Origin: Bacteroidetes bacterium GWA2_32_17
Lineage (GTDB): Bacteria > Bacteroidota > Bacteroidia > Bacteroidales > GWA2-32-17
Length of the DNA: 64,000 nucleotides
NCBI GenBank assembly: GCA_001769035.1
Contig: MENF01000066.1
Location: 2,389 to 66,388, forward strand
Direction of reading: 5' to 3'
Each line of letters starts with the position of its first letter. The stretch's first letter is position 1. The notes under the pieces are model-generated. The model saw only the letters and a list, made by a program, of their open reading frames with translations. It did no database searches and was not told the DNA's origin. The translations under genes and the position numbers were made by a program. Of the stretch, positions 54,567 through 64,000 are shown piece by piece.

Positions 54567-55901
54567 ATGAATGTTTTACCCAAAATAATATTTTATTGGC
54601 TGTTAGCTACTGAAACTATTACTGGATATGCTCAAATATGGCAACCAGTAGGTAATGGTTTCGACAATGCAGTTTTAACTTTATTAAATGATTCTTCTAA
54701 CAACTTACTATATGCTGGCGGTTCTTTCGATACAGCCGATGGTAGTGATTGTAGCAGAATATCAAAATGGAATAATTCATACTGGGATACAATTGGAACA
54801 GGTTTATCAAATGGAAATGTTAACACAATGACAATTTATAACAATATGCTTTATACTGGTGGTTCGTTTACCAATGCTGGAAATAAAATAAGGAGATTTT
54901 TAACTAGATGGAATGGTGTTTCATGGGATTCAATAGCTTTTACAACCAGCAATTGTTTTGTAAATGAAATGCTTGAATACAATGGTGAATTATATGTTGG
55001 CGGAGGTTTCCCTATTGCAGGCGGAATTCAGGTTAACAATATTGCACGATTTGATGGAAGTCAATGGGACTCGGTTGGTGCCGGAACAAATAACAGAATA
55101 TATACTATGGCGATTTATAACAACGAGCTATATATTGGCGGTTGGTTCGATACAGCAGGTGGAATGCCAGCAAATTATATTGCAAAATGGAATGGAATTA
55201 ACTGGTCAAATGTTGGAAATGGAACAAATAACAGAGTTTTTGCTTTGGAAGTTTATAATAACGAGTTATATGTTGGTGGTTTATTCGATACTGTCGGCGG
55301 AGCTTATGTTAATCATTTAGCAAAATGGAACGGAAGTAATTGGTCGGCTGTTGGGAACGGTTTAAATGGGCAGGTAAATACTTTATATTCATATAAAAAC
55401 AATTTATACATAGGTGGCTATTTTACAATTGCCGGCTCAACTAATGCAAATAAAATTGCTGTTTTTGATGGAAATAATTATTTGCCAATGGATAGCGGTT
55501 TTAATGATGCCGTTAGCTCAATTACTTCATATAATAACGAAATTATTGCAGGAGGTTATTTTACTCAGTCTGATGTAAACATTGTTAAATATATTGCAAA
55601 GTGGAAAATTATTGATAATATTGAGAATATAACAAATGATAATGTTGAAGTTATTGCTTATCCTAACCCTTTTCGTGAGAGTACAATATTACAAATAAAT
55701 AATTCTTCAATAACTTATTGCAAAATAAACATATATGATACTTTTGGAAAGAAAGTAAAATTTAATATAATAAAAGAAAAAAATATGTTTGTATTAACTC
55801 GGAGAAATATTCCTAACGGTATTTATTTTTACAAAATTGTTTTTAAAGATAATATTAATAATAAAGTAAATAATTTAATGGGTAAATTAATTGTTCAATA
55901 A
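54567..55901 (+). CDS. Beta-propeller repeat protein + T9SS CTD
   Basis: Repeated LYVGG.F..AG....IAKWNG..W..VG.G units; YPNP CTD. Confidence 0.85.
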   Translation: MNVLPKIIFYWLLATETITGYAQIWQPVGNGFDNAVLTLLNDSSNNLLYAGGSFDTADGSDCSRISKWNNSYWDTIGTGLSNGNVNTMTIYNNMLYTGGSFTNAGNKIRRFLTRWNGVSWDSIAFTTSNCFVNEMLEYNGELYVGGGFPIAGGIQVNNIARFDGSQWDSVGAGTNNRIYTMAIYNNELYIGGWFDTAGGMPANYIAKWNGINWSNVGNGTNNRVFALEVYNNELYVGGLFDTVGGAYVNHLAKWNGSNWSAVGNGLNGQVNTLYSYKNNLYIGGYFTIAGSTNANKIAVFDGNNYLPMDSGFNDAVSSITSYNNEIIAGGYFTQSDVNIVKYIAKWKIIDNIENITNDNVEVIAYPNPFRESTILQINNSSITYCKINIYDTFGKKVKFNIIKEKNMFVLTRRNIPNGIYFYKIVFKDNINNKVNNLMGKLIVQ

Positions 55902-55941
55902 TTTTAATAAATAAATTGGTATAATAATAACAAAGTAAATA

Positions 55942-58900
55942 ATGTTAAAATTTTTAATAAAATATTTTCTCGAAAACAGATTTGTTTCAATTTTATTGCT
56001 ACTGATATTTATTATTTGGGGATTAGTTTCGTCGCCATTCGATTGGAATTTAGGATTTTTACCACATAATCCCATTGCTGTTGATGCAATTCCCGACATC
56101 GGCGATAATCAGCAAATTATTGCTACCGAGTGGATGGGACGAAATCCAAAAGATATCGAAGACCAAATTACATATCCACTTTCTTCTGCCCTGCTTGGTA
56201 TTCCCGGTATTAAAACAATTCGCAGTACTTCAATGTTCGGAATGTCTTTTATTTACATTATTTTTAAAGATGAAGTTGAGTTTTACTGGAGCCGTTCACG
56301 AATCCTCGAAAAACTTAATTCATTACCACCGAGTACGTTGCCTGCCGGTGTTCAGCCTACATTAGGTCCAGATGCAACTGCACTCGGACAAATATTTTGG
56401 TACACACTCGAAGGAAGAGATGAAAAAACAGGAAAACCAGCAGGTGGTTGGGACCCACAAGAATTAAGAACAATTCAGGATTATTATGTAAAATACGCAT
56501 TGGCAACTGCCGATGGTGTTTCTGAAGTTGCTTCGGTTGGTGGCTATGTAAAAGAATATCAGGTTGACATCAATCCAGATGCAATGAAATCCTTTAAGGT
56601 AACCGTTATGGATATAATGGAAGCTGTTAAAAAGTCTAATCTTGATATTGGTGCTGAAACTATTGAGCTAAATAAAGTTGAATATGTTATAAGAGGTTTG
56701 GGTTATATTAAAACTCTTGACGATTTAAAGAACGCTGTTATAACAGAGCGGAATAATGTTCCTGTAAGAATTAAAGATGTTGCAGAAGTTTCTTTTGGTC
56801 CTGCTACCCGACGTGGCGGACTCGATAAAAGCGGCTCCGAAGCTGCTGGAGCTGTTGTTGTTGCAAGATACGGTTCTAATCCGTTGGCTGTTATTAACAA
56901 TGTAAAAAATAAAATAAAGGAAGTTTCAGTAGGCTTACCAAGTAAAAAACTTGCCGACGGAACTGTGTCAAAAGTAACTATTGTTCCGTTTTACGACCGT
57001 ACCGATTTAATTAAAGAAACAATAGGCACACTTGAATCTGCCCTATCTCACGAAACATTAATTTCTGTTCTTGTAATTATTATTTTGTTATTGAATTTAA
57101 GGGCTTCATTTGTTGTTTCTTTTCTGTTACCTATTGCAGTTTTAATGGCATTTATTGCAATGAAATTATTTCATATTGATGCAAATATTGTTGCCTTATC
57201 GGGTATTGCTATTGCTATCGGTGTTATGGTTGATATGGGAATTGTTGATGTTGAGAATGTTACGCGGCACATGGAAATGCCCGGAAATAATAACTTAAAA
57301 GGTGAAAAATTAATTAAGTTAATTTATGATGCCAATATCGAAGTTAGAGCTGCTGTAACAGTTGCACTTGCAACAACAATTGTTAGCTTTTTACCTGTTT
57401 TTACAATGGAAGCTGCCGAAGGAAAACTTTTTCAACCTTTAGCATTTACTAAAACATTTGCACTTTTATCATCATATATTCTTGGGATTGTTGTATTACC
57501 TACATTAGTATATTTTCTTTATTCTATCTCATTCGATAAAAAAACAATAAGCCGTTACTGGAATATTTGCTTAATTGTTATTGCAACGTGCCTTATAATA
57601 TTTTGGCAAAATTGGATTGCCATATCATTAATTTTAATAAGTATTAACAATCTGCTAGAATTTAAATGGACTGAAAGTTGGAAAAAATATGTTAATTTAA
57701 TAAACATATTGATTGTTTCATTAGTTGTTGTTTATTTTCTGTCTTACGAGTGGCTTCCGATGGGTGCTCATAATTCACTTTTAATTAATTTTTTATTTGT
57801 TATAGGAATTGTAATAATTATTTTAACTCCATTAATTTTAATAACCCATTTCTACGAAAGAATCCTTAACTGGTGCTTAAGGAACAGATGGAAATTTTTT
57901 ATGATTCCAATTTTTACTGTTTCTTTAGGCATTATTATATGGCTTGGTTTTAATAAAAGTTTTGGATTTATTTCAACTGGAATTGAAAAGTTAGGTTGGA
58001 ATGTTAAACAAACTTCATTATGGCAAAAAGCACAATCTACATTTCCCGGATTAGGCAATGAATTTATGCCCGCATTAGACGAGGGGTCATATCTTTTAAT
58101 GCCAACAAGTATGCCTCATGCAGGAATCGAGAAAAATATTGAGTATGTTAGAACATTAGACAAAAGATTAAACAGCATCCCCGAAGTTGATGTGTCTGTT
58201 GGTAAGTGGGGAAGAGTAAATTCTGCATTAGACCCTGCTCCTGTGCAGATGTTTGAAAATACAATTAATTACAAACCCGAATATATTCTTAGTAATGAGG
58301 GACATAGAATGAGATTTAAAGTTGATGAAAATGAAAATTATTTGATAGATATAAATAAGGTTAAAGAACAGATTACCCTTGATTATAGCAATAACAAATC
58401 AAATATAAAAGTTATATCTTTAGAAAATAAAACTAGTGAAACTGAAATAGAATTTGATAAAATAAAAGAGATTAAATTTAATAAAGAAAATATTGAATTT
58501 ATTGTTTTGGTGAATAATAATTGGCTCGTTGTTCAAAATTATAGGGCAAATAATATTTTAAAATTTATATTTAAAAATTTTAAAATATTTCTAATAAATG
58601 ATAATAATGGCGAATATTTTAGGCAATGGCGGAAAGAAATTAAATCGCCAGATGATATTTGGAACGAAATTGTAAATGTAACAAATATTCCGGGATTAAC
58701 TTCGGCACCTAAATTACAACCTATTCAGGCACGGTTAGTGATGCTTTCAACCGGAATGCGTGCACCAATGGGATTGAAAGTTTATGGACCCGATTTAGAA
58801 ACTATTGAAAAAGCAGGATTGCAATTTGAAAATATTTTAAAAGAAATTCCAGATATTAAGGTCTCGTCTGTATTTTACGATAGAGCTGTTGGTGCACCAT

Positions 58901-59970
58901 ATTTGGAAATTAAGTTAAATCGAGAGGATATTTCGAGATATGGAATGAAAGTTAGTGATATTCAGGATGTGTTGCAAAGTGCAGTAGGCGGGATGGTTTT
59001 AGCAAACACAGTTGAAGGACGTGAACGTTTTCCAATTCGTGTAAGATATGCTCGTGAATTACGTACTACACCTGAAGATTTGAAAAATATTTTAGTGCCT
59101 TCGATGTCGGGAGTTCAAATACCTTTAGGGCAATTGGCAGATATAACATATACTCGAGGACCACAAATGATTCGTAGCGAAAATACTTTTTTAAACGGTT
59201 ATGTTATTTTCGATAAACAAACAGATATTGCTGAGGTTGATGTTGTTGAAAAAGCCGATGAATATATTAAAAGTAAAATAAAATCGGGTGAATTAGTTTT
59301 ATCTAAAGGAGTTTCGTATCAATTTGCAGGTAATTACGAGCAACAGTTAAGAGCTACAAAAAAACTTCTATTGGTTATACCTATTAGTCTGGGAATAATA
59401 TTCTTATTGTTATTTTTTCAGTTTAAAACAATTACTGCATCTTCAATTCATTTTTCGGGTGTATTTGTAGCATTTGCAGGTGGTTTTATGATGATTTGGT
59501 TATACTCACAACCATGGTTTTTAAATTTTTCGGTATCTGGTGTCAATATGAGAGATTTATTTCAAATACATACCATTAATTTGAGCGTTGCTGTTTGGGT
59601 TGGATTTATTTCGCTTTTCGGAATTGCTACTAATGATGGAGTAATTATGGGAACATATATTCATCAGGTTTTTGAAGATAAAAAACCAAATACTATAATT
59701 GCTGTTAGAGAAGCTGTTGTTGAAGCCGGTAAAAAAAGAGTTCGTCCTGCATTAATGACCGCTGCCTGTGCTATTATTGCTTTACTACCGGTTTTAACTT
59801 CTACAGGAAAGGGGTCTGATATAATGGTACCAATTGCAATTCCTACTTTTGGCGGAATGATTATTCAAATGATGACAATTTTTGTTGTTCCTGTATTGCA
59901 ATGTGTTTGGCGTGAAGGTGCTATTAAAAGACAACTGAAAAAAGAACAAACAAAGACTTCTGTAATTTAA
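55942..59970 (+). CDS. cusA: CusA/CzcA-family heavy-metal RND permease
   Basis: VDAIPDIGDNQ, LGPDAT, GIAIAIGVMVD, RVRPALMT; internal AT-rich insertion. Confidence 0.88.
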   Translation: MLKFLIKYFLENRFVSILLLLIFIIWGLVSSPFDWNLGFLPHNPIAVDAIPDIGDNQQIIATEWMGRNPKDIEDQITYPLSSALLGIPGIKTIRSTSMFGMSFIYIIFKDEVEFYWSRSRILEKLNSLPPSTLPAGVQPTLGPDATALGQIFWYTLEGRDEKTGKPAGGWDPQELRTIQDYYVKYALATADGVSEVASVGGYVKEYQVDINPDAMKSFKVTVMDIMEAVKKSNLDIGAETIELNKVEYVIRGLGYIKTLDDLKNAVITERNNVPVRIKDVAEVSFGPATRRGGLDKSGSEAAGAVVVARYGSNPLAVINNVKNKIKEVSVGLPSKKLADGTVSKVTIVPFYDRTDLIKETIGTLESALSHETLISVLVIIILLLNLRASFVVSFLLPIAVLMAFIAMKLFHIDANIVALSGIAIAIGVMVDMGIVDVENVTRHMEMPGNNNLKGEKLIKLIYDANIEVRAAVTVALATTIVSFLPVFTMEAAEGKLFQPLAFTKTFALLSSYILGIVVLPTLVYFLYSISFDKKTISRYWNICLIVIATCLIIFWQNWIAISLILISINNLLEFKWTESWKKYVNLINILIVSLVVVYFLSYEWLPMGAHNSLLINFLFVIGIVIIILTPLILITHFYERILNWCLRNRWKFFMIPIFTVSLGIIIWLGFNKSFGFISTGIEKLGWNVKQTSLWQKAQSTFPGLGNEFMPALDEGSYLLMPTSMPHAGIEKNIEYVRTLDKRLNSIPEVDVSVGKWGRVNSALDPAPVQMFENTINYKPEYILSNEGHRMRFKVDENENYLIDINKVKEQITLDYSNNKSNIKVISLENKTSETEIEFDKIKEIKFNKENIEFIVLVNNNWLVVQNYRANNILKFIFKNFKIFLINDNNGEYFRQWRKEIKSPDDIWNEIVNVTNIPGLTSAPKLQPIQARLVMLSTGMRAPMGLKVYGPDLETIEKAGLQFENILKEIPDIKVSSVFYDRAVGAPYLEIKLNREDISRYGMKVSDIQDVLQSAVGGMVLANTVEGRERFPIRVRYARELRTTPEDLKNILVPSMSGVQIPLGQLADITYTRGPQMIRSENTFLNGYVIFDKQTDIAEVDVVEKADEYIKSKIKSGELVLSKGVSYQFAGNYEQQLRATKKLLLVIPISLGIIFLLLFFQFKTITASSIHFSGVFVAFAGGFMMIWLYSQPWFLNFSVSGVNMRDLFQIHTINLSVAVWVGFISLFGIATNDGVIMGTYIHQVFEDKKPNTIIAVREAVVEAGKKRVRPALMTAACAIIALLPVLTSTGKGSDIMVPIAIPTFGGMIIQMMTIFVVPVLQCVWREGAIKRQLKKEQTKTSVI

Positions 59971-59979
59971 ATTATTGTT

Positions 59980-61416
59980 ATGAAAAGAATTTTTAAAAAA
60001 ATAATATTTATTCTAATATTTATAATGTCTCAACATTATATAATGGCTAAAAGCAACGATTCGCTTTCGTATTACCTTAAAATTGCTGCCGAAAATAATC
60101 CCGGACTTAAAACGGAATTTTTAAAATACTCAGCATCACTCGAAAAAATTATTCCTGCCGGCTCTTTACCCGACCCGCAATTAGAATTAGGATTTTATTT
60201 AAAGCCAATGGAATTGGTTGCAGGAAATCAAATTGCCGACATAAAGCTTATGCAAATGTTTCCTTGGTTCGGAACTCTTAAAAGCGCTAAAGACGAAGCA
60301 TCTAAGATGGCAATTTCAAATTTCGAGAATTTTATTAATTACAGAAACGAGTTGTTTTATAATACTAAAGTGATTTATTATAACTTATTTCAAATAAAAA
60401 AGGATATTGAGATTACTGGAAAAAATCTCAAAATTTTAAAAACTATTGAACAAATTGTTTTAATAAAGTACAAATCAAATTCCGGAAATAGTTCTGTCGC
60501 AACCGGAGCATCAATGGGAACAGGTTCAAATAATCAAACTTCAGGAAGTTCTGCAATGGGAAGTATGGGAAATCAATCGCAATCAGGTAATGCCAATTCT
60601 TCGTCTGCATCAAGTTCTTCATCAATGAGCTCGGCAGGTTCTTCAATGTCGTCAGGTGGTCAAAATCAAATGGTTAATTTGTTCAGAATTCAGATAGAAA
60701 TAAATTTACTCGAAAATAATTTAGCATTACTCAATGATAAACTTAAAACTGAAAAGGTAAGTTTTAACCGTTATTTAAACAGATTGCCCGAAACTGAAGT
60801 TTTTATTCAGGATACTTTAATCGAAGACGAATTACCAATTAACACTAATTCTTTAATTGATAGCATTGCCAATAACCCAATGGTAAAAATGTATCTTGCC
60901 GATTCTGTTGCATATAATGCCCGTGCAAAAATGCTCAAAAAAATGAGTTACCCAATGATTGGGCTTGGTGTTAATTATTCTGTAATTAACAAATCGTCAA
61001 GTAGCACAAGTATGATGAATGGGAAAGATATGATAATGCCAATGTTAGCAGTTACTTTACCAATTTACAGAAAGAAATATAATTCAATGATACATGAAGC
61101 CGAATTACTTCGCGACGCTTCTGCAAAATTATCACAAAGTGTAATAAATGATTTACGTTTTGAATTTCAACAAACTATACAAAATTATAATGACGCAAAC
61201 CGAAGAATTACACTTTATGCAAAACAATCAGATTTAGCCGAAAATAGTTTAAATATTTTAATTACTTCGTTCTCTGCTAATGGAACTGATTTTGAAGAAA
61301 TTTTGAGAATGGAGAATCAGTTATTAGACTATGAACTAAAAAAAATACAAGCTGTTATAGATAAAAATTCTTTAATTGCTCAACTGCTTTATTTATCGGG
61401 ATTTAATTATAAATAA
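59980..61416 (+). CDS. TolC-family outer membrane channel
   Basis: AENNPGL, LPDP, QMFPWFG, LPIYR; Ser/Met-rich insert. Confidence 0.88.
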   Translation: MKRIFKKIIFILIFIMSQHYIMAKSNDSLSYYLKIAAENNPGLKTEFLKYSASLEKIIPAGSLPDPQLELGFYLKPMELVAGNQIADIKLMQMFPWFGTLKSAKDEASKMAISNFENFINYRNELFYNTKVIYYNLFQIKKDIEITGKNLKILKTIEQIVLIKYKSNSGNSSVATGASMGTGSNNQTSGSSAMGSMGNQSQSGNANSSSASSSSSMSSAGSSMSSGGQNQMVNLFRIQIEINLLENNLALLNDKLKTEKVSFNRYLNRLPETEVFIQDTLIEDELPINTNSLIDSIANNPMVKMYLADSVAYNARAKMLKKMSYPMIGLGVNYSVINKSSSSTSMMNGKDMIMPMLAVTLPIYRKKYNSMIHEAELLRDASAKLSQSVINDLRFEFQQTIQNYNDANRRITLYAKQSDLAENSLNILITSFSANGTDFEEILRMENQLLDYELKKIQAVIDKNSLIAQLLYLSGFNYK

Positions 61417-63037
61417 AAACAATATGGACATTAAAAAACTAATTTTAAATAAATATCTTAAAAATTCTTTGCTTTTAATTGCAGGACTTTTTTTGGGGTG
61501 GCTTTTCTTTTATCATTCAGGAAATACAATGATTGATAACAAAGAACAAAATACAGAAAAAAGCACAATATGGACTTGCTCAATGCACCCTCAAATACGT
61601 ATGGACAAACCAGGATTATGCCCAATTTGTGCTATGGATCTAATACCTTTAGAACAAAATACAAGCATAATTGATGATGATGCAATTGAAATGACTGATG
61701 AAGCTGTTAAACTTGCCGATATTCAAACTACTGTTATTTCGAAACAATTACTTGTAAAAGATGTAAAACTTTATGGTAAAATTCAGGCAGATGAACGTTT
61801 AATAAAAACTATTCCTGCACATATCCCTGGCAGAATTGAGAAACTTTTTACAAACTTTACCGGCGAACAAATTAACAAAGGGCAAATAATTGCCAGCATA
61901 TATTCCCCGGAATTAATTACAGCACAACAAGAACTTTTTGAAGCATTAAAATTGAAAGATATTCAACCGCAAATAATTGAAGCAGCAAAAGAAAAATTGA
62001 AACAATGGAAACTTACTGATAATCAAATTGAAGAAATTGAAAAATCGAAAAAAATAACATCTGTTTTTGATGTAGTATCATCTGTATCGGGAGTTATAAT
62101 AAATAGAAAAATAAATTTAGGCGATTATGTACAAACTGGAACTCCTTTATTTGAGGTTTCTGATTTAAATCAGCTTTGGGGTGTTTTTGATGCCTACGAA
62201 AATGATTTGTCATGGATGAAAATTGGTTCTAAAGTTAATTTTACCTTACAAGCAATTCCAGGTAAAGATTTTTCGGGTAATATTTCCTTTATTGACCCTG
62301 TAATTGACCCTATCACGCGTATTGCAAAAGTTCGTATAGAGCTATACAATGCTTCGGGCAATTTTAAACCCGAAATGCTTGCCACAGGAATTGTAAAAAC
62401 GAAATTAGAACATAAAGGAAATGCTATAGTTGTACCGCAATCGGCTATTTTATGGACAGGTAAACGGTCTATTGTTTATGTTAAAATTCTAAACACAACA
62501 GAACCTACATTTAAAATGCGTGAGGTTATACTAGGTAACTATTTACAAAACAGTTACGAGATTGTAGAAGGTTTATCTGATGGAGAAGAAGTTGTAACAA
62601 ATGGTACATTTAGTGTTGATGCAGCTGCACAATTAGCTGGTAAAGTTTCGATGATGAATGATAATGCAGGAACTAAAGTCAATTCAATGCAGGAAATGGA
62701 TATGAGCGAAAGTTCCAATTCTGATTCAAAAGAACAAAAAGAAATGAAAAACATGAAGATGGATGAAAATATTGAACATGCAAATTTTAAAGTTAACGGC
62801 TTATGCGAGATGTGTAAAGACAGAATTGAATCTACTTCAAAGAAAATACCCGGTGTTAATTTTACAGAATGGAATATTAAATCAAAAGTATTAAATATTT
62901 CGTTTGATAAAAGTAAAATAAACAAATTAAAAATTCAAAAAGCAATTGCTGCAGTTGGACACGATAATGGTAAACAAATAGCACCGGATGAAGTTTATAA
63001 CAAATTGCCTGAATGTTGTAAGTATAGAAACAAGTAA
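61376..63037 (+). CDS. cusB: CusB-like RND adaptor with N-terminal metal-binding domain and C-terminal HMA domain
   Basis: WTCSMHPQI...CPICAMDL, YSPEL, KPEM, GLCEMC; start probably MDIKK at 61424. Confidence 0.85.
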   Translation: MLNCFIYRDLIINKNNMDIKKLILNKYLKNSLLLIAGLFLGWLFFYHSGNTMIDNKEQNTEKSTIWTCSMHPQIRMDKPGLCPICAMDLIPLEQNTSIIDDDAIEMTDEAVKLADIQTTVISKQLLVKDVKLYGKIQADERLIKTIPAHIPGRIEKLFTNFTGEQINKGQIIASIYSPELITAQQELFEALKLKDIQPQIIEAAKEKLKQWKLTDNQIEEIEKSKKITSVFDVVSSVSGVIINRKINLGDYVQTGTPLFEVSDLNQLWGVFDAYENDLSWMKIGSKVNFTLQAIPGKDFSGNISFIDPVIDPITRIAKVRIELYNASGNFKPEMLATGIVKTKLEHKGNAIVVPQSAILWTGKRSIVYVKILNTTEPTFKMREVILGNYLQNSYEIVEGLSDGEEVVTNGTFSVDAAAQLAGKVSMMNDNAGTKVNSMQEMDMSESSNSDSKEQKEMKNMKMDENIEHANFKVNGLCEMCKDRIESTSKKIPGVNFTEWNIKSKVLNISFDKSKINKLKIQKAIAAVGHDNGKQIAPDEVYNKLPECCKYRNK

Positions 63038-63407
63038 TTTTTTTATTAATCATTTAAATAAATTTATCATGAAAAACAAAAGTTTAATTTTAGTATGTAT
63101 GTTCTTAATAGGAACAATGACAGTATTTGCACAAGCAAAAACTGAAAAGTTTAAAGTTTATGGCAATTGTGGTATGTGCCAAACCCGTATTGAAAAAGCA
63201 GCAAAATCTGTTGATGGCGTGTCAAAAGCAAAATGGAACAGCGATAATGCTATGTTAACGGTTACTTTCGATGCTTCAAAAATTAAAGTTTTAGATATTC
63301 ACAAAGCCGTTGCTATAGTTGGACACGATACCGATTTAGAAAAAGCCGATGATGTAGTTTATTCTAAACTTCATGGCTGTTGCCAGTACGAAAGACCTAA
63401 TAAGTAA
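62988..63407 (+). CDS. Exported HMA-domain (CopZ/MerP-like) protein
   Basis: GNCGMC, GHDT, LHGCCQY; start probably MKNK at 63069. Confidence 0.88.
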   Translation: MKFITNCLNVVSIETSNFFINHLNKFIMKNKSLILVCMFLIGTMTVFAQAKTEKFKVYGNCGMCQTRIEKAAKSVDGVSKAKWNSDNAMLTVTFDASKIKVLDIHKAVAIVGHDTDLEKADDVVYSKLHGCCQYERPNK

Positions 63408-63414
63408 ATTTTAA

Positions 63415-63515
63415 TAGCGGAGTGCCGCAGAGAAATACAATGACAGAGAACGAAATAATTGAAAAATAAACCCAGCGGTTCTATGTGTAAAAACTTATGC
63501 GAACTCTGTGGTTAA
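63415..63515 (+). repeat. Internally deleted GxxExxY-element remnant
   Basis: CCGCAGAG...ATG ACA GAG AAC GAA ATA (MTENEI)...CTCTGTGG. Confidence 0.5.
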
Positions 63516-63613
63516 AATGTATTTGCGTAATATGAGTCAAATAAGATTTTTAGTAAATATTCTTTTTCGGAGTGGACACGCTCATAGATGTTTTAAATAA
63601 GGTAAATATAAAA

Positions 63614-63649
63614 AACGGAGTGAAGAATCTATATATTCTTCTCTCCGTT
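63614..63649. terminator. Hairpin between convergent genes
   Basis: AACGGAGTGAAGAAT...ATTCTTCTCTCCGTT. Confidence 0.55.
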
Positions 63650-63673
63650 ACTAATAACAATAAAAAACGTGAA

Positions 63674-64000
63674 TTATTTTACAATAATTTTGTTAGTAAC
63701 ACGCTTTTCTCCAAAATACATTTTTACAAAATATTCGCCTTTATTTAATTGCGAAAGATTGATTTGCAATTCGCCGGTTTGTGGAGCTAAATTTTGATAA
63801 ACTATTTGTCCCAGATTATTTAGAACCTCAACCTTATTTAATGAATTAATTTCTTTGCCAATTCTTAAAGTAAATATGCCATTAGATGGATTTGGAAAGA
63901 TGCTACAACTTTTATCCTGCAATGTCTGTGAGAAAAATCCCGTAGTGACATAGGGAGTACCAAATGACATTTCAATTTCGTCGTGCCATGCCAAACCCGG
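63674..64000 (-). CDS. C-terminus of a T9SS cargo protein (partial)
   Basis: IFPNPSNG...GEYFVK...KIIVK; 5' part lies beyond the window. Confidence 0.8.
   Translation of the reverse strand, partial: PGLAWHDEIEMSFGTPYVTTGFFSQTLQDKSCSIFPNPSNGIFTLRIGKEINSLNKVEVLNNLGQIVYQNLAPQTGELQINLSQLNKGEYFVKMYFGEKRVTNKIIVK

Noticed and set aside
58320-58610. Intein in CusA
   Set aside because: No C/S start, HN end or intein block motifs visible.
60470-60670. Ser/Met low-complexity insert in TolC as a novelty
   Set aside because: As far as I recall, such Met-rich linkers are common in Bacteroidota metal-efflux TolC proteins.

Overview
AT-rich Bacteroidota-type chromosomal segment, judged from many T9SS C-terminal sorting domains and PorP/PorE-like genes. 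From left to right: a PIN toxin-antitoxin module with integron-cassette-like boundaries; a COG2403/arginine-synthetase-like enzyme; a GxxExxY pseudogene; a TPP-riboswitch-led thiS-C-E'-D-E-G-H-F operon; housekeeping genes; six tandem T9SS cargo genes, five sharing one near-identical 3' DNA module with in-frame REP palindromes; porP/porE-like genes; a SiaA/B/C-like module; a lytic transglycosylase between two MITE-like repeats; and a ~24 kb heavy-metal (probably Cu) island. The island mixes CDF, CusCBA-type RND, metal-binding proteins and T9SS cargo. Two of its transcription units share the layout ECF-type promoter, then Cys/His/Pro-rich leader ORF, then hairpin. Intergenic DNA is full of nested REP/MITE families, including an element that appears to insert at ATGAAA start codons. 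All calls are by eye from motifs; no database searches were run.
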